Shown here: one piece after another, positions 38,676 to 48,817 of the stretch
Layout of the letters: the number at the start of each line of letters is the position of its first letter
Numbering within the stretch: position 1 is the first letter of the stretch
NCBI GenBank assembly: GCA_965214095.1
Contig: OZ243938.1
Location: 4,256,001-4,320,000 of the forward strand
DNA: 64,000 bases
Source: Candidatus Poribacteria bacterium
GTDB lineage: Bacteria > Poribacteria > WGA-4E > WGA-3G
Reading direction: 5' to 3'
The notes under the pieces: model-generated
Database searches by the model: none
What the model was told of the DNA's origin: nothing
The model's input: the letters and a program-made list of their open reading frames with translations, nothing else
Made by a program: the position numbers and the translations under genes

Positions 38676-39377
38676 ATGCAGGCACACCGTATCAAGAAGT
38701 TATTTTCTGCTATTGCACGACACTACGATTTTCTCAATTCCTTGCTAAGTCTGCGATTTGACCGTGTATGGCGTAGAGAGACAGTCAAAGCGAGCAGTGT
38801 AACGCCAACAAGTAAAGTGCTTGACGTTTGCACAGGGACAGGTGAACTTGCACTTGCTTATGCTGATATGCTTGAAGCGGGTGGTTCTGTTATCGGTTCG
38901 GACTTTTGCTATGAGATGTTAATTGTTGGGAAGCAGAAGGTAGAACGACAGAATAGACAATACGCGTTCATTCCGATTGAGGCTGATACCCTAACCCTCC
39001 CATTTTCGGATAATACTTTTGACATTGTTTCAGTTGGTTTTGGTATTCGGAATGTATCTGATCTTGAATTGGGTATCCGTGAGATGACGCGCGTTGCTGT
39101 TCCCGGTGGAAGAATAGCCATTCTGGAGTTCACACAGCCGGTCAATCCGGTGTTCCGCGGACTCTACTATTTCTATTTTACGAAGATTTTGCCGTTCCTT
39201 GGCAATTGTATCTCCCGCAATAAAGATGATGCTTACGGGTATCTTCCGCGTTCAGTCATGCAGTTTCCAAATTGTGATGCATTGAAACAGGTGATGGAAC
39301 AGTGTGGACTGACAGATGTTGAGTATTATCGGAAGACCTTGGGTATTGTAGCGATTCATATTGGGAAAAAAGCCTAA
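38676..39377 (+). CDS. menG: Demethylmenaquinone/ubiquinone methyltransferase (MenG/UbiE)
   Basis: F..IA..YD.LN, VLDVCTGTG, FGIRNV, RV..PGG, AY.YL..S. Confidence 0.9.
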   Translation: MQAHRIKKLFSAIARHYDFLNSLLSLRFDRVWRRETVKASSVTPTSKVLDVCTGTGELALAYADMLEAGGSVIGSDFCYEMLIVGKQKVERQNRQYAFIPIEADTLTLPFSDNTFDIVSVGFGIRNVSDLELGIREMTRVAVPGGRIAILEFTQPVNPVFRGLYYFYFTKILPFLGNCISRNKDDAYGYLPRSVMQFPNCDALKQVMEQCGLTDVEYYRKTLGIVAIHIGKKA

Positions 39378-39399
39378 ATTTGTCTGTATAGGAGAAACT

Positions 39400-40530
39400 A
39401 TGAAAACTTTGCTAAGAATATATGCATCAGTGATAGTGATTATGTTTTCAATTAACATAATTGGATGTGGTGAACGTGTTGAAGATGATGAAAGTGCGCT
39501 TCTGCTGCGCGCAAATCCATCCCCTGGTTCCACACTTGAAGAAAACAGCACAATCACTGTAACTTTCGATAAATATCCCGGCAGTGTCCAAGTGAATGTA
39601 GGAACTGCTACTATTTCTGGTACTACGGTTACTATAGAGGGACCGTTTCCAAAAGGGCAACTAAAACTCACAATTACTTGGGAGGGTGGAGACCGTGATT
39701 TAACTTACACCATTGGCACACCAGAACAGATTGTAGATAAACCAGAAATAGAACCTGACCCAGAACCTATTGCTCCTGATGGCATGGTGCTTATACCTGA
39801 AGGTGAATTTGAGATGGGAAGTGATGATGGAGACGCAGATAATGATGAACAACCAGTGCATACCGTTTTTCTTGATGCTTTCTTTATTGACGAGAACGAA
39901 GTGACGAATGCAGAATTTAAGGATTTTGTCCTTGCGAATCCAGCTTGGCAAAAGAACCAAATTGATGAAAAGTTCAAAGATGACAATTACCTCTTTGACT
40001 GGCAAGGAAACAACTATCCTAATGACCAAGGTGATCATCCAGTGCGTTTCGTGAGTTGGTATGCGGCGATGGCTTATGCTGTTTGGGTAGACAAACGTCT
40101 GCCGACAGAAGCTGAATGGGAGAAGGCTGCCCGTGGAGGACTAAAAGGTAAAAAATATCCGTGGGGAAATGATATTACCGCAAAAAGAGCCAATTACGGT
40201 AAGAGACTTGGACATACAACACCTGTGGGTGATTATCCTCCGAACGATTATGGTGTATATGACATGGCAGGAAATGTATGGGAGTGGTGTCTTGACGGTT
40301 ATCTGAGTGACTTCTACGCAAACTCACCTCGTGAAAATCCTGTTGCGGTTGATAATAATGTTGAAGATATCGTTAATGATTTTGAGAATATAGTAACTAA
40401 TCGTGTCCTACGTGGTAGTGGATGGAATGGTAATCCTGAATGGTTACGTGCTGCGAATAGACATGGTACCGGTCCAAATTATGCCGGTATTGGTGCGCTC
40501 GGATTCCGTTGTGCGAAAGACATTGAGTAG
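39400..40530 (+). CDS. Lipoprotein with Ig-like N-domain and FGE-sulfatase (SUMF1) domain
   Basis: IIGC lipobox; FEMGS, EVTN, RLPTEAEWEKAARGG, DMAGNVWEW, GFRC. Confidence 0.88.
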   Translation: MKTLLRIYASVIVIMFSINIIGCGERVEDDESALLLRANPSPGSTLEENSTITVTFDKYPGSVQVNVGTATISGTTVTIEGPFPKGQLKLTITWEGGDRDLTYTIGTPEQIVDKPEIEPDPEPIAPDGMVLIPEGEFEMGSDDGDADNDEQPVHTVFLDAFFIDENEVTNAEFKDFVLANPAWQKNQIDEKFKDDNYLFDWQGNNYPNDQGDHPVRFVSWYAAMAYAVWVDKRLPTEAEWEKAARGGLKGKKYPWGNDITAKRANYGKRLGHTTPVGDYPPNDYGVYDMAGNVWEWCLDGYLSDFYANSPRENPVAVDNNVEDIVNDFENIVTNRVLRGSGWNGNPEWLRAANRHGTGPNYAGIGALGFRCAKDIE

Positions 40531-40539
40531 TTACCAATA

Positions 40540-41484
40540 CTATGGATAGCAGCTCAAACGTTCCACATGTGTCACAACAGATTCGGAAAGACCTTCTAAA
40601 CTATAACCACCCTCTAATGCTGAAACGACATTGCCAGATGCTACTTCCTCTGCAACGTCCAAAACCAAATCGGTTAACATTCCAAATCCTTCTGCAGTTA
40701 TATAAATATTAGCCAGTGGATCAAGGTGGTGTGCATCAAATCCTGCAGAGATAAGGATAAACTCTGGTGAAAAATCTTGTAATGCTGGAATAAGAACATC
40801 CTCAAAGACTCTGATATATTCGTCATCGCCAGTATCACGTGGCATTGGGACGTTTAGTGTGGTACCACGTGCATTCCCACTCCCCTGTTCATATCGTGAA
40901 CCTGTGCCGGGGTATAGGGGAGATTGATGGATTGAGAAGAAGAAAACCGTCTCGTCTTCATAGAAAATATCTTGTGTTCCGTTACCGTGATGGACATCCC
41001 AATCCACAATAGCAACTCTACCTACACCATGCTCTTGTTGTAGGTAACGTGCTGTAATGGCTATGTTGTTGAACAAACAGAACCCCATGCTCTGTCCCGG
41101 TGTAGCGTGATGACCCGGTGGACGCACCATAGCAAAGGCATTTTTCACCTTGTTAGTCGCTACTGCTTCTGCTGCACACAGCACACCGCCAGTTGAAAGC
41201 AAGGCAATATCGTAGGATTCATATCCAACAGGTGTGTCGTAGGTCAATGGAATTTCTGACTCACAGGATTGCTGGATATGTTCACAGTATCCGGGATTAT
41301 GTGCGTAAGCAATCTGTTCAGGAGTTGCGGGTGTTGGGTCAATGTGGTGTAGTTGGTCCCAAACATCGCTTTGTTGGAGGGCTGCAAGGCTTGCTCTGAG
41401 TCGGTCGGGACGTTCAGGATGTCCGTAACCTGTGTCGTGGTTGAGGTAGTCTGGGTGGTAGATGAATGCAGTGTTTTGTGGCAT
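40540..41484 (-). CDS. Histone deacetylase-family amidohydrolase
   Basis: HPERPDR, RPPGHHA, GFCLFNN, DWDVHHGNGTQ, SAGFDAH, LEGGY. Confidence 0.93.
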   Translation of the reverse strand: MPQNTAFIYHPDYLNHDTGYGHPERPDRLRASLAALQQSDVWDQLHHIDPTPATPEQIAYAHNPGYCEHIQQSCESEIPLTYDTPVGYESYDIALLSTGGVLCAAEAVATNKVKNAFAMVRPPGHHATPGQSMGFCLFNNIAITARYLQQEHGVGRVAIVDWDVHHGNGTQDIFYEDETVFFFSIHQSPLYPGTGSRYEQGSGNARGTTLNVPMPRDTGDDEYIRVFEDVLIPALQDFSPEFILISAGFDAHHLDPLANIYITAEGFGMLTDLVLDVAEEVASGNVVSALEGGYSLEGLSESVVTHVERLSCYP

Positions 41485-41531
41485 GATATTAAGTTCTACG
41501 GAAGCAATGCTCCTACTGTCTTAGGCGTATA

Positions 41532-41864
41532 TTATTGGGCATTGCAGGGAGTTTTGTTTACTGCACGTAGGTCAACTTCTTTACGTAAGCGAGAATTAAC
41601 ATCATTATCGCTATGGACACAAATACAATTGACACCGTAATTGTTAGCACAATGCCACTTTTCGTGGTTTGGTATTCTCTCCTTCAACGATTCAGTTTGA
41701 CCAATGTATAGAAATGTGTGTGTTGCCCTCCCATCCGAACCTACATCACGCTTTGATAAGATATAGACTGCCCCAACTGTGTTGAATATTGTATCAGTAG
41801 AATATACTTCAAAGGCATAGGTTCCATATTTGCCTTCAAATGTCGCATCAGCTATCTTTCCCAT
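41532..41864 (-). CDS. Small GIY-YIG-like protein
   Basis: GAVY...LYIGQT..L.ERI..H...E pattern. Confidence 0.55.
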   Translation of the reverse strand: MGKIADATFEGKYGTYAFEVYSTDTIFNTVGAVYILSKRDVGSDGRATHTFLYIGQTESLKERIPNHEKWHCANNYGVNCICVHSDNDVNSRLRKEVDLRAVNKTPCNAQ

Positions 41865-41994
41865 GTTCCTCTATCCTAATTTTAATGTTAGAAACTATTC
41901 CATTTAAGCATAAAAAATAATACTTAGACAACGTCGTAACACATCTAATACTTATGTTCATGAAGGTCTGGCAATGTTCTCATAGCATGTTAGG

Positions 41995-42357
41995 TTATAA
42001 GGAAGCAATTGAAGTTACAGACCATTCAAACTCCCAAGTTTGTGAAGCAATAGCAAAAGGTTCGTCCTGGTGTATTACCTTGTCATGGTTAATACCTGAA
42101 GGATTCTCTTCTCTTCTATTTCCTTCCACTATGTGTTCAGAAGTAAGTAGAGAAGTCTTAGGTTGAGGAATCACATCGCCATGCTCTTTTGCGGTTTCTA
42201 TCCAGCATAAGATGGCATCCCTTCCATTTGCAATCGCTTCGTCAATAGTGTCACCATCAGAGACACAACCTGGTAAGTCAGGAAATTCAATCAGGTAACC
42301 TTCTCCTTCTTCTGTTGTTAATATACTTATTTTAGGTGGGTAACCTAGCTCATTCAT
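41995..42357 (-). CDS. HicB-like antitoxin
   Basis: GY.IEFPDLPGC.SDGDT..EA..N..DA...WI..A...G..IP.P. Confidence 0.85.
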   Translation of the reverse strand: MNELGYPPKISILTTEEGEGYLIEFPDLPGCVSDGDTIDEAIANGRDAILCWIETAKEHGDVIPQPKTSLLTSEHIVEGNRREENPSGINHDKVIHQDEPFAIASQTWEFEWSVTSIASL

Positions 42358-42598
42358 GATTTTCCTCCAACTGATCAATCATTTCAACAAGTTTTCGAAT
42401 ATATACCGGTTTTATCGGACGACGGACAGGGATAGTTAACTTACCCCCGGAATTGTGTCGTAGTGTGACATGACTGCTTCCGCGTTTTGGACGGTTTATT
42501 GATAGACCATAGCGATTCGCAAGGGTTTCAACATCTCTCATCCGCCAATCATTACGCGGATTTGCTCTCATTCTTTCCAGTAATTTATCTCGGCGCAT
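42350..42598 (-). CDS. HicA-like toxin
   Basis: KLL..MR.NP, GSSH, LTIP..RPIKPVYI; overlaps the HicB start. Confidence 0.8.
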   Translation of the reverse strand: MRRDKLLERMRANPRNDWRMRDVETLANRYGLSINRPKRGSSHVTLRHNSGGKLTIPVRRPIKPVYIRKLVEMIDQLEENHE

Positions 42599-42761
42599 AG
42601 AAATAGAACTCCACACAACATCAATTTCTCGCACCGTTGTCGTGTTAGTAATTCAGTTTAATTCCTGCATAAAACAATTTAATGATGAAAACTATGTTAA
42701 AATCGTACCATGTTCAATGGCAATTGTCAACTTAGATTTGTTATTATATATCTCACGTACA

Positions 42762-43862
42762 TCATCCCTGCATCCGTCTAACCCGTGCAGGCGTGTCATC
42801 ACCGCGAATTTCAGACGAAAGGATACGCAGACTCCGATCTTCAACCGGCAGTTCCACTTTGACACCACCGCGCCGATGCGACTCACGTAGTGCTATAGCA
42901 ACCTCTAAAGCAGCCCGTCCATCTTCACCAGAACATTTAGGCGAACCACCATTCTCAATCGCGTTAATGATGTCGTCAACAATGGTCAATCCCATCCCTT
43001 GCATCCGAACAGGATACGGAAACGGACAAGTCGCAGGAACACCGCGTCCACGACGACCACCGGGCAGCACGCGAATCAATTCAAACTTCTCAGCATTGTT
43101 GATTGAACGGATACGACCACCTGAACCGATAACATCTACTTCCCAAGGTGCTGCCCCACACGATGTGCTACGCAGATATGCACGGACACCGTTGTCAAAC
43201 ACGAGATAGCCGTTACCCGACAGGTCGTTTTCACTTTCGGCGGATTCGTCAGACTGCATCTCACCGAAAACCCACTCCACATTGCCACCTGCCATGTATC
43301 GTAGAATATCAATTGCATGGCTGCCGTTATGTGATAGACCACATTGAGCATAGACTGTAACCTGCAGCACATTACCAATTTCACCTTCGTCAATGAGTTT
43401 TCGTGCCTCACTAAAGAAAGGATTCCAACGTCTTGCACAATTGATTGCTACGACTACACCGTTTTCATTGCAGACATCTAACATCTCATCCGCTTCTGCG
43501 AGACTGAGCGAAATTGGTTTTTCTGCCCAGATGCCTTTGACACCCGCACGTGCTACATCCTGTACAATAGTTGAACGCACCCGTGCTGTCGTGCAGACAC
43601 TGACAAGATCGAGATTTTCCTTCTCTAACATCTCACGATAATCGCTATAGATATGTTCTGAACCAAGTCCCCAACGTTCACCGAATATCTCTGCTTGTTC
43701 CTCATGAAGGTCAGCACCAGCGACTAATTCTGTTTTTGGTGATGCATCATAACTCGGCGCATGACAGTATGGCAGGAAGAGCGACCCTCCCTGTGTTATT
43801 TCGTCGTCAAAAGTGCTCCCCATCCGTCCTAAACCGATAACACCTGCACGATATGTTGCCAT
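42762..43862 (-). CDS. Gfo/Idh/MocA family oxidoreductase
   Basis: VIGLGRMG, AEKPI, HNGSH.ID. Confidence 0.88.
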   Translation of the reverse strand: MATYRAGVIGLGRMGSTFDDEITQGGSLFLPYCHAPSYDASPKTELVAGADLHEEQAEIFGERWGLGSEHIYSDYREMLEKENLDLVSVCTTARVRSTIVQDVARAGVKGIWAEKPISLSLAEADEMLDVCNENGVVVAINCARRWNPFFSEARKLIDEGEIGNVLQVTVYAQCGLSHNGSHAIDILRYMAGGNVEWVFGEMQSDESAESENDLSGNGYLVFDNGVRAYLRSTSCGAAPWEVDVIGSGGRIRSINNAEKFELIRVLPGGRRGRGVPATCPFPYPVRMQGMGLTIVDDIINAIENGGSPKCSGEDGRAALEVAIALRESHRRGGVKVELPVEDRSLRILSSEIRGDDTPARVRRMQG

Positions 43863-43919
43863 CTTTACCTCCCGATAGTAATCTCGTAATCTAAAACGAG
43901 TTTTGTAGTATTTACTCAA

Positions 43920-44570
43920 CTAAGTTGGTAATTTCTCATAAACAAAATCCAACCACTTATCTTGTGGTGGTATAATTTTAGGTTTTGGTGAAAGTGGTGT
44001 CCAGTAAGGCTTGAAAATATGTCCTAAATCGCTCTTCAATTCCCACGCATCCTCTGTTTTCTCTTGTGTGGATAGATAGAAAAAGTGTCGTTTTTTCTGA
44101 GCACTTAAGTGTTCATTCGGCACCCATCCTGTAATATTATGGTCAATATGTGTTGGTTTGAAATTTCTGTTATATACATATTCAATGTACGAAATATGTG
44201 TGAAATCTTCTTGGGTTGAATGGTAATCGACAGTGAGTCCTCTGGTAAGTTTGTCTTTGTATGGAACTGCAGTCAGATCGGGTTTTATGTAGACTTTGGT
44301 TGTATTCGTGATAATTCGTTGGTTTTGTTCTAACTCATTTTCAAAACAACCGAGATATTTTTCAACTTTTATATCTCGTAGACCTGTTTCTTCATAAGTT
44401 TCGCGTATGGCTGTAGTTTCAATATCTTCACCTACTTCAACAGAACCTGCGGGAATTTGAATGCCTGCAGTAGGGTGTTTGAATACAAGCAGCATCTTTA
44501 TACCATTCCGTTCTTGTGTAATAAATGCTGTGACTTTTTCAAGTCGATTCTTCATTCGTCGCTCTCCCAT
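43920..44570 (-). CDS. NUDIX hydrolase
   Basis: Nudix box GSVEVGE....TAIRETYEETGL. Confidence 0.85.
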   Translation of the reverse strand: MGERRMKNRLEKVTAFITQERNGIKMLLVFKHPTAGIQIPAGSVEVGEDIETTAIRETYEETGLRDIKVEKYLGCFENELEQNQRIITNTTKVYIKPDLTAVPYKDKLTRGLTVDYHSTQEDFTHISYIEYVYNRNFKPTHIDHNITGWVPNEHLSAQKKRHFFYLSTQEKTEDAWELKSDLGHIFKPYWTPLSPKPKIIPPQDKWLDFVYEKLPT

Positions 44571-44692
44571 ACTGCTTCCGTTACAATATCTGCAGCCTTC
44601 GTTAAGTCAAAGTCCAACACATGTTCATAAGATTACGGTTCTTCAATACCTACAAACAGCAAATGAATGTAGGATTGAAGAACCGCAGCATA

Positions 44693-46249
44693 CTAAGCAT
44701 AGATATTCTTCATCTGCCAAGCATCTAATGATACAAGCTGACTGTCTTGCCCTTGAGAACGCAAAGATACGCCAACACTGTCTTCTCTGTCAGGATAAAC
44801 ACGCATAGCAACACACTGCCTACCATTAGCGAATACCTCAACGACACTCTTGTCAATAAACACTCGCAGTTTGAGCGTTTCGTCTCCCAAAATAGACAGA
44901 CCGCCAGTTTCAGGTGCACGCGAACGTACATCCGGTGCAAGTGATGAATATGATGAATCTATCGTTAACAGACTTTCGCGAACATTCCTTTCTGAGTCAT
45001 GATTTCGCATACCGCGTTCTCTGAAGAATGCAATACGGGTGAATTCCTCTTTCTGCGGTGAACGAAGCACGTTCAACTCAACCATGGGTGAGCCTTTCGT
45101 GTCTATTTCCAATTCCAGTTCCATTGCATTGCCATTGATGTTTTCTAATACAACTTCCTGATTCGCAGGTAACGTTGTCGCATCAACATGTTGATGGTCA
45201 GACCTTAGCGATTCTATATCACCTGCAGGTTCAACACCGATTTCGTCTCTTGGGAGAAGTGTCAACCGCCGTGGCAACGTCATAATCTGATTCCAGCCTT
45301 TCGTCGGTTTAGCGGGATTCATGTTATAGATGACGATGACACCACCTTCACCATCAGGTGTCGCAGAGGGTGCGTGTACACCAGCAGGGGATGCAGCCCC
45401 AAAGTTGTTTTTCGCCCCTCCTGTCACGACAAACTTATCCCGTGCTTTGTCGTAATCACCGAGTAGATATTGTCCACCACTCATGTGACTGAAGAAGAGG
45501 AGGATATGTTTGTCACCGATAGGCCAAAAATAGGGACATGCCCCATCATCACCGACCAATGTATATTGATCGTCTTCAACAAATGGATGTAGATAAACCC
45601 AATTCGCCAAATCAGCAGAACGGAGTAAGAAATTCGCACGCACAGGTTTTCCAGCAGGACCGTGTGGTAATGTTCCACCCGATAACGAGTAATACATATC
45701 ATCCTTTTTCCAGATGCATGGATCGAAAACACGATAGACAGGATTTGTGCCATCAGCATGCCTTGAGGGTATTACTGCCTTTCCAGACACCTTCTCCCAA
45801 TTTAAGAGAAGTGGATCGCTTGATACAGCAACCATGTTGCCGACTACTGTGCCGTGATACATTGCAATCACGCGGTCTTCTTCAACGAATGTGGAACCAG
45901 AGAAACAGCATCTCTCTGGATTAGGATAAATCGCGTAAGGTAGGTCGCGCCAGTGGATAAGGTCATCACTAATTGCGTGTCCCCAGTGTTGACGTGTGTC
46001 TTCCGGTGGATATGCCTGATAGAAAAGATGCCAACGTCCCTGCCAAAAGCATAATCCATTTGGGTCATTGAGCATCGCTTCTGGATTGATGTAGTGGTAG
46101 ATTGGACGATGCGGATCCCCTTCATAAGTCTTACGATATTCGTTCAACCGTATCATCAAGGGATTAGTCTTTAACTGTTCTTCCTGTTCTTCCAATGTTT
46201 CCGCGAACGTAAAATGCGGAACTTTAGAGGTGAAGTCTTCGTTAGCCAT
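44693..46249 (-). CDS. Glycoside hydrolase family 32-like protein (atypical catalytic motifs)
   Basis: NDPNG, HLFYQ, HWGHA.S.DL.HW, FSGS, FDP, C-terminal LRVFIDKSVVEVF beta-sandwich. Confidence 0.85.
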   Translation of the reverse strand: MANEDFTSKVPHFTFAETLEEQEEQLKTNPLMIRLNEYRKTYEGDPHRPIYHYINPEAMLNDPNGLCFWQGRWHLFYQAYPPEDTRQHWGHAISDDLIHWRDLPYAIYPNPERCCFSGSTFVEEDRVIAMYHGTVVGNMVAVSSDPLLLNWEKVSGKAVIPSRHADGTNPVYRVFDPCIWKKDDMYYSLSGGTLPHGPAGKPVRANFLLRSADLANWVYLHPFVEDDQYTLVGDDGACPYFWPIGDKHILLFFSHMSGGQYLLGDYDKARDKFVVTGGAKNNFGAASPAGVHAPSATPDGEGGVIVIYNMNPAKPTKGWNQIMTLPRRLTLLPRDEIGVEPAGDIESLRSDHQHVDATTLPANQEVVLENINGNAMELELEIDTKGSPMVELNVLRSPQKEEFTRIAFFRERGMRNHDSERNVRESLLTIDSSYSSLAPDVRSRAPETGGLSILGDETLKLRVFIDKSVVEVFANGRQCVAMRVYPDREDSVGVSLRSQGQDSQLVSLDAWQMKNIYA

Positions 46250-46690
46250 AGTTTCTCCTATGTGTAATGAATGTAAGATATATAGTGCTTAACATAGCAT
46301 GGGATTTGCTATGTGTCCAGTAAATTGTGAGTTCTGAATGAAAAGGTGTTTTCGGTGAAAGGTAAGAGTGGATTGATTTCTTTGGTAATTGGAGAGAGAT
46401 AGGTTAGGTAAGAATGGTTAGATTATTGGTATCCAAAAGAACTTGAAATTGCATTCAGGGTGAGGAGTCTTCTGAATTGAATTTCACGATTTCTTCCCAA
46501 AGTATGTTACCATCCGTATCGCAAAATTTCTGTATGAATTCTAAGGTAAACTTATTGACAACTTTGGCATACTCTTGCATAATCGTAGAATCTTCAAGTG
46601 AAATGTATGTATTTCAATGTTGCAGACATAACAAAATTCAAGCACAATTGCTCAGTAACAGTCCAAGGTGGACATATTCCAAGTTTTAAG

Positions 46691-46720
46691 TTGACATAAT
46701 TCAGATTCACATGGTATCAT
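46691..46720 (+). promoter_or_regulatory. Putative sigma70 promoter
   Basis: TTGACA-18 bp-TATCAT with extended -10 TG. Confidence 0.45.
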
Positions 46721-46872
46721 TAATCCATTACAAATAAACTGGTTTTTGCAACATGAATCATTCGTTGTGTGGCAATAGATATACCTTTTTATTGATACAT
46801 GAGTTCTAACAAAAAATCTAAGTTGTGTCATACATGTAAATTGATTTCAATAAATCAAAGAGGAGTAAAGTA

Positions 46873-48762
46873 GTGAAAAAGAATTTACTTTGTGTGCTTG
46901 TAGTATTCTGCATGATTGTACTCAATGCAAACGCACAAATTGAATGGGACGCTGACGAGTTCATGCCGTTGTCTGAAGTAAAAAAAGGCATGAAAGGTAA
47001 AGGATACACAGTGTTTTCTGGTACAGATGCTGAAGAATTTACTTATGAAGTAACCAGCATTGAATACAACTCAAATCCAGGATGGCACGTGGTATGGGCA
47101 GAAGGTACCAGTGAGAACTTTAAGCGTACCGGTGTTGCTGGTGGAATGAGTGGTAGTCCAGTCTACATTAATGGACGGTTAATGGGAGCTATTTCACTTG
47201 GTTATTTCAATCAACGTGAACACTCAAATAACTTTGGAATCACACCATTCGAACAAATGGTTGATGTCGCAGAACGCGGTATGAAACCCAACCTTTTATA
47301 TGCTCACACACAACAGACCGAACTCGGTTCTGAATTTGTCCAGGAAGGTCTCAATATGTTGCCTACCCTTCTTCCTAAAGGCGATAACGGTTTGTTCACA
47401 AATCCGATTGATAATGCCAACATGGCATCAGATTTTGACTTGAATGTTGAAGAGTTTTCATTGCAGTTGGCAATACCTGTCACCATTCCAAGGCTTGATA
47501 GACAAACCCTGCAGCTACTAAAACCATTTTTTGCAAGAGGGAATATGGTGCCTCTCCAAGCAGCAGGAGGTGGAGCTCCTGTCAAAGAATCCCCTGTTGA
47601 ACCGGGACAGATTGTTGGACAAGAGGTAATACGGGGTGATGTTGCATCTTTTGGCTTTGGAACTATCACTTATGTTGACAAACAGAAGAAAGAATTACTT
47701 GCTTATGGACATTCTGCGTTTGGTGAGGGCAATGTCAACCTACCGTTGTCTGGAGGTTATGTCCACTTTATTCTGCCAAGTCGGACTCGATCATCTAAAG
47801 TTGCTTCCGCAACGCAACCAATCGGAACTTTGGTACAAGATCGTGTTCCCGCAATTGCTGGGCTAATTGAAGAACTTCCGAACACGCATCACTTTATTCC
47901 AGTGACAGCAAAGGTTCAAACATCTGATAAGAAAGTGCATAATCTATCCTATGAAGCTGCACGAGATAAGACGTTCACAGCACTTTATGCGGCTTCTGGA
48001 ATTTCGGGTTTAGTAAGCGCGATGGAATTCTCTGGTAATGATCACACAGTCAATGTAATGGCTAAAATTAAACTTGAAGATCATCCAGAATTAGACAATA
48101 ATGAAGTCGTCGTAAACAACATCTTTTCATCAAGCGGATCCCCTGGATTTAACGTCTCACAGACAATATTATCCCCGATGCTGGATCTGTTAGTGAATCC
48201 TTATGCTAAAGTTAAAATAGAGTCTATTGACTTTGATATTAAATTAGAGGATAGACGAAAGACAGCGGTGATTCTGAAATCACGACTTGATAAGAATGTC
48301 TATCGTCCAGGGGAAGAAGTAGAAATTACATATACTATTCGTCCCTATCTTGAGCAAACTGAGACATTATCAGTTAAAATTAAAATTCCGAAAGATACAC
48401 CTGATGGAATTGTCTTGCTACGAGCAATGAGTGCAAACTCGTATCAGAGTTGGAAACGTTCACGAGCCCCAGGAAGTTCTCGTGCGACAAACATCAATCA
48501 GTTGGTAAAATTATTAAATGACGGTGAACCGAACACAAACCTTATCCTTGAACTCTCCGTACCACAACCCGGATTAACCGTTCAAGGTGAGGAATTTCCT
48601 AATCTACCGCTTTCCGTTATGTCTGTGATGAACACCACACTCCGAAGTGGAGAAAATGGTTTCACGTTTGGCACAGTGGTACATACGGATAAGGTTGAAA
48701 CTGACTACATTATCGTTGGCACTGCTTCTATGCCGGTAGCCGTTAATAGGAATGCACAATAA
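46873..48762 (+). CDS. Exported SpoIVB-like peptidase S55 domain protein
   Basis: Signal peptide; GMKG.GYTVF.G, GV.GGMSGSPVYI.G.L.GA, AYGH. Confidence 0.8.
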   Translation: MKKNLLCVLVVFCMIVLNANAQIEWDADEFMPLSEVKKGMKGKGYTVFSGTDAEEFTYEVTSIEYNSNPGWHVVWAEGTSENFKRTGVAGGMSGSPVYINGRLMGAISLGYFNQREHSNNFGITPFEQMVDVAERGMKPNLLYAHTQQTELGSEFVQEGLNMLPTLLPKGDNGLFTNPIDNANMASDFDLNVEEFSLQLAIPVTIPRLDRQTLQLLKPFFARGNMVPLQAAGGGAPVKESPVEPGQIVGQEVIRGDVASFGFGTITYVDKQKKELLAYGHSAFGEGNVNLPLSGGYVHFILPSRTRSSKVASATQPIGTLVQDRVPAIAGLIEELPNTHHFIPVTAKVQTSDKKVHNLSYEAARDKTFTALYAASGISGLVSAMEFSGNDHTVNVMAKIKLEDHPELDNNEVVVNNIFSSSGSPGFNVSQTILSPMLDLLVNPYAKVKIESIDFDIKLEDRRKTAVILKSRLDKNVYRPGEEVEITYTIRPYLEQTETLSVKIKIPKDTPDGIVLLRAMSANSYQSWKRSRAPGSSRATNINQLVKLLNDGEPNTNLILELSVPQPGLTVQGEEFPNLPLSVMSVMNTTLRSGENGFTFGTVVHTDKVETDYIIVGTASMPVAVNRNAQ

Positions 48763-48817
48763 TCTAATATTGGATTTATTTTCATTTACGCGCAATTGTA
48801 ACAGGAGGATATGTTTT

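Noticed and set aside
46250-46872. Small ORFs or ncRNA in the long divergent intergenic region
   Set aside because: AT-rich with promoter-like boxes only; no convincing RBS, motif or structure
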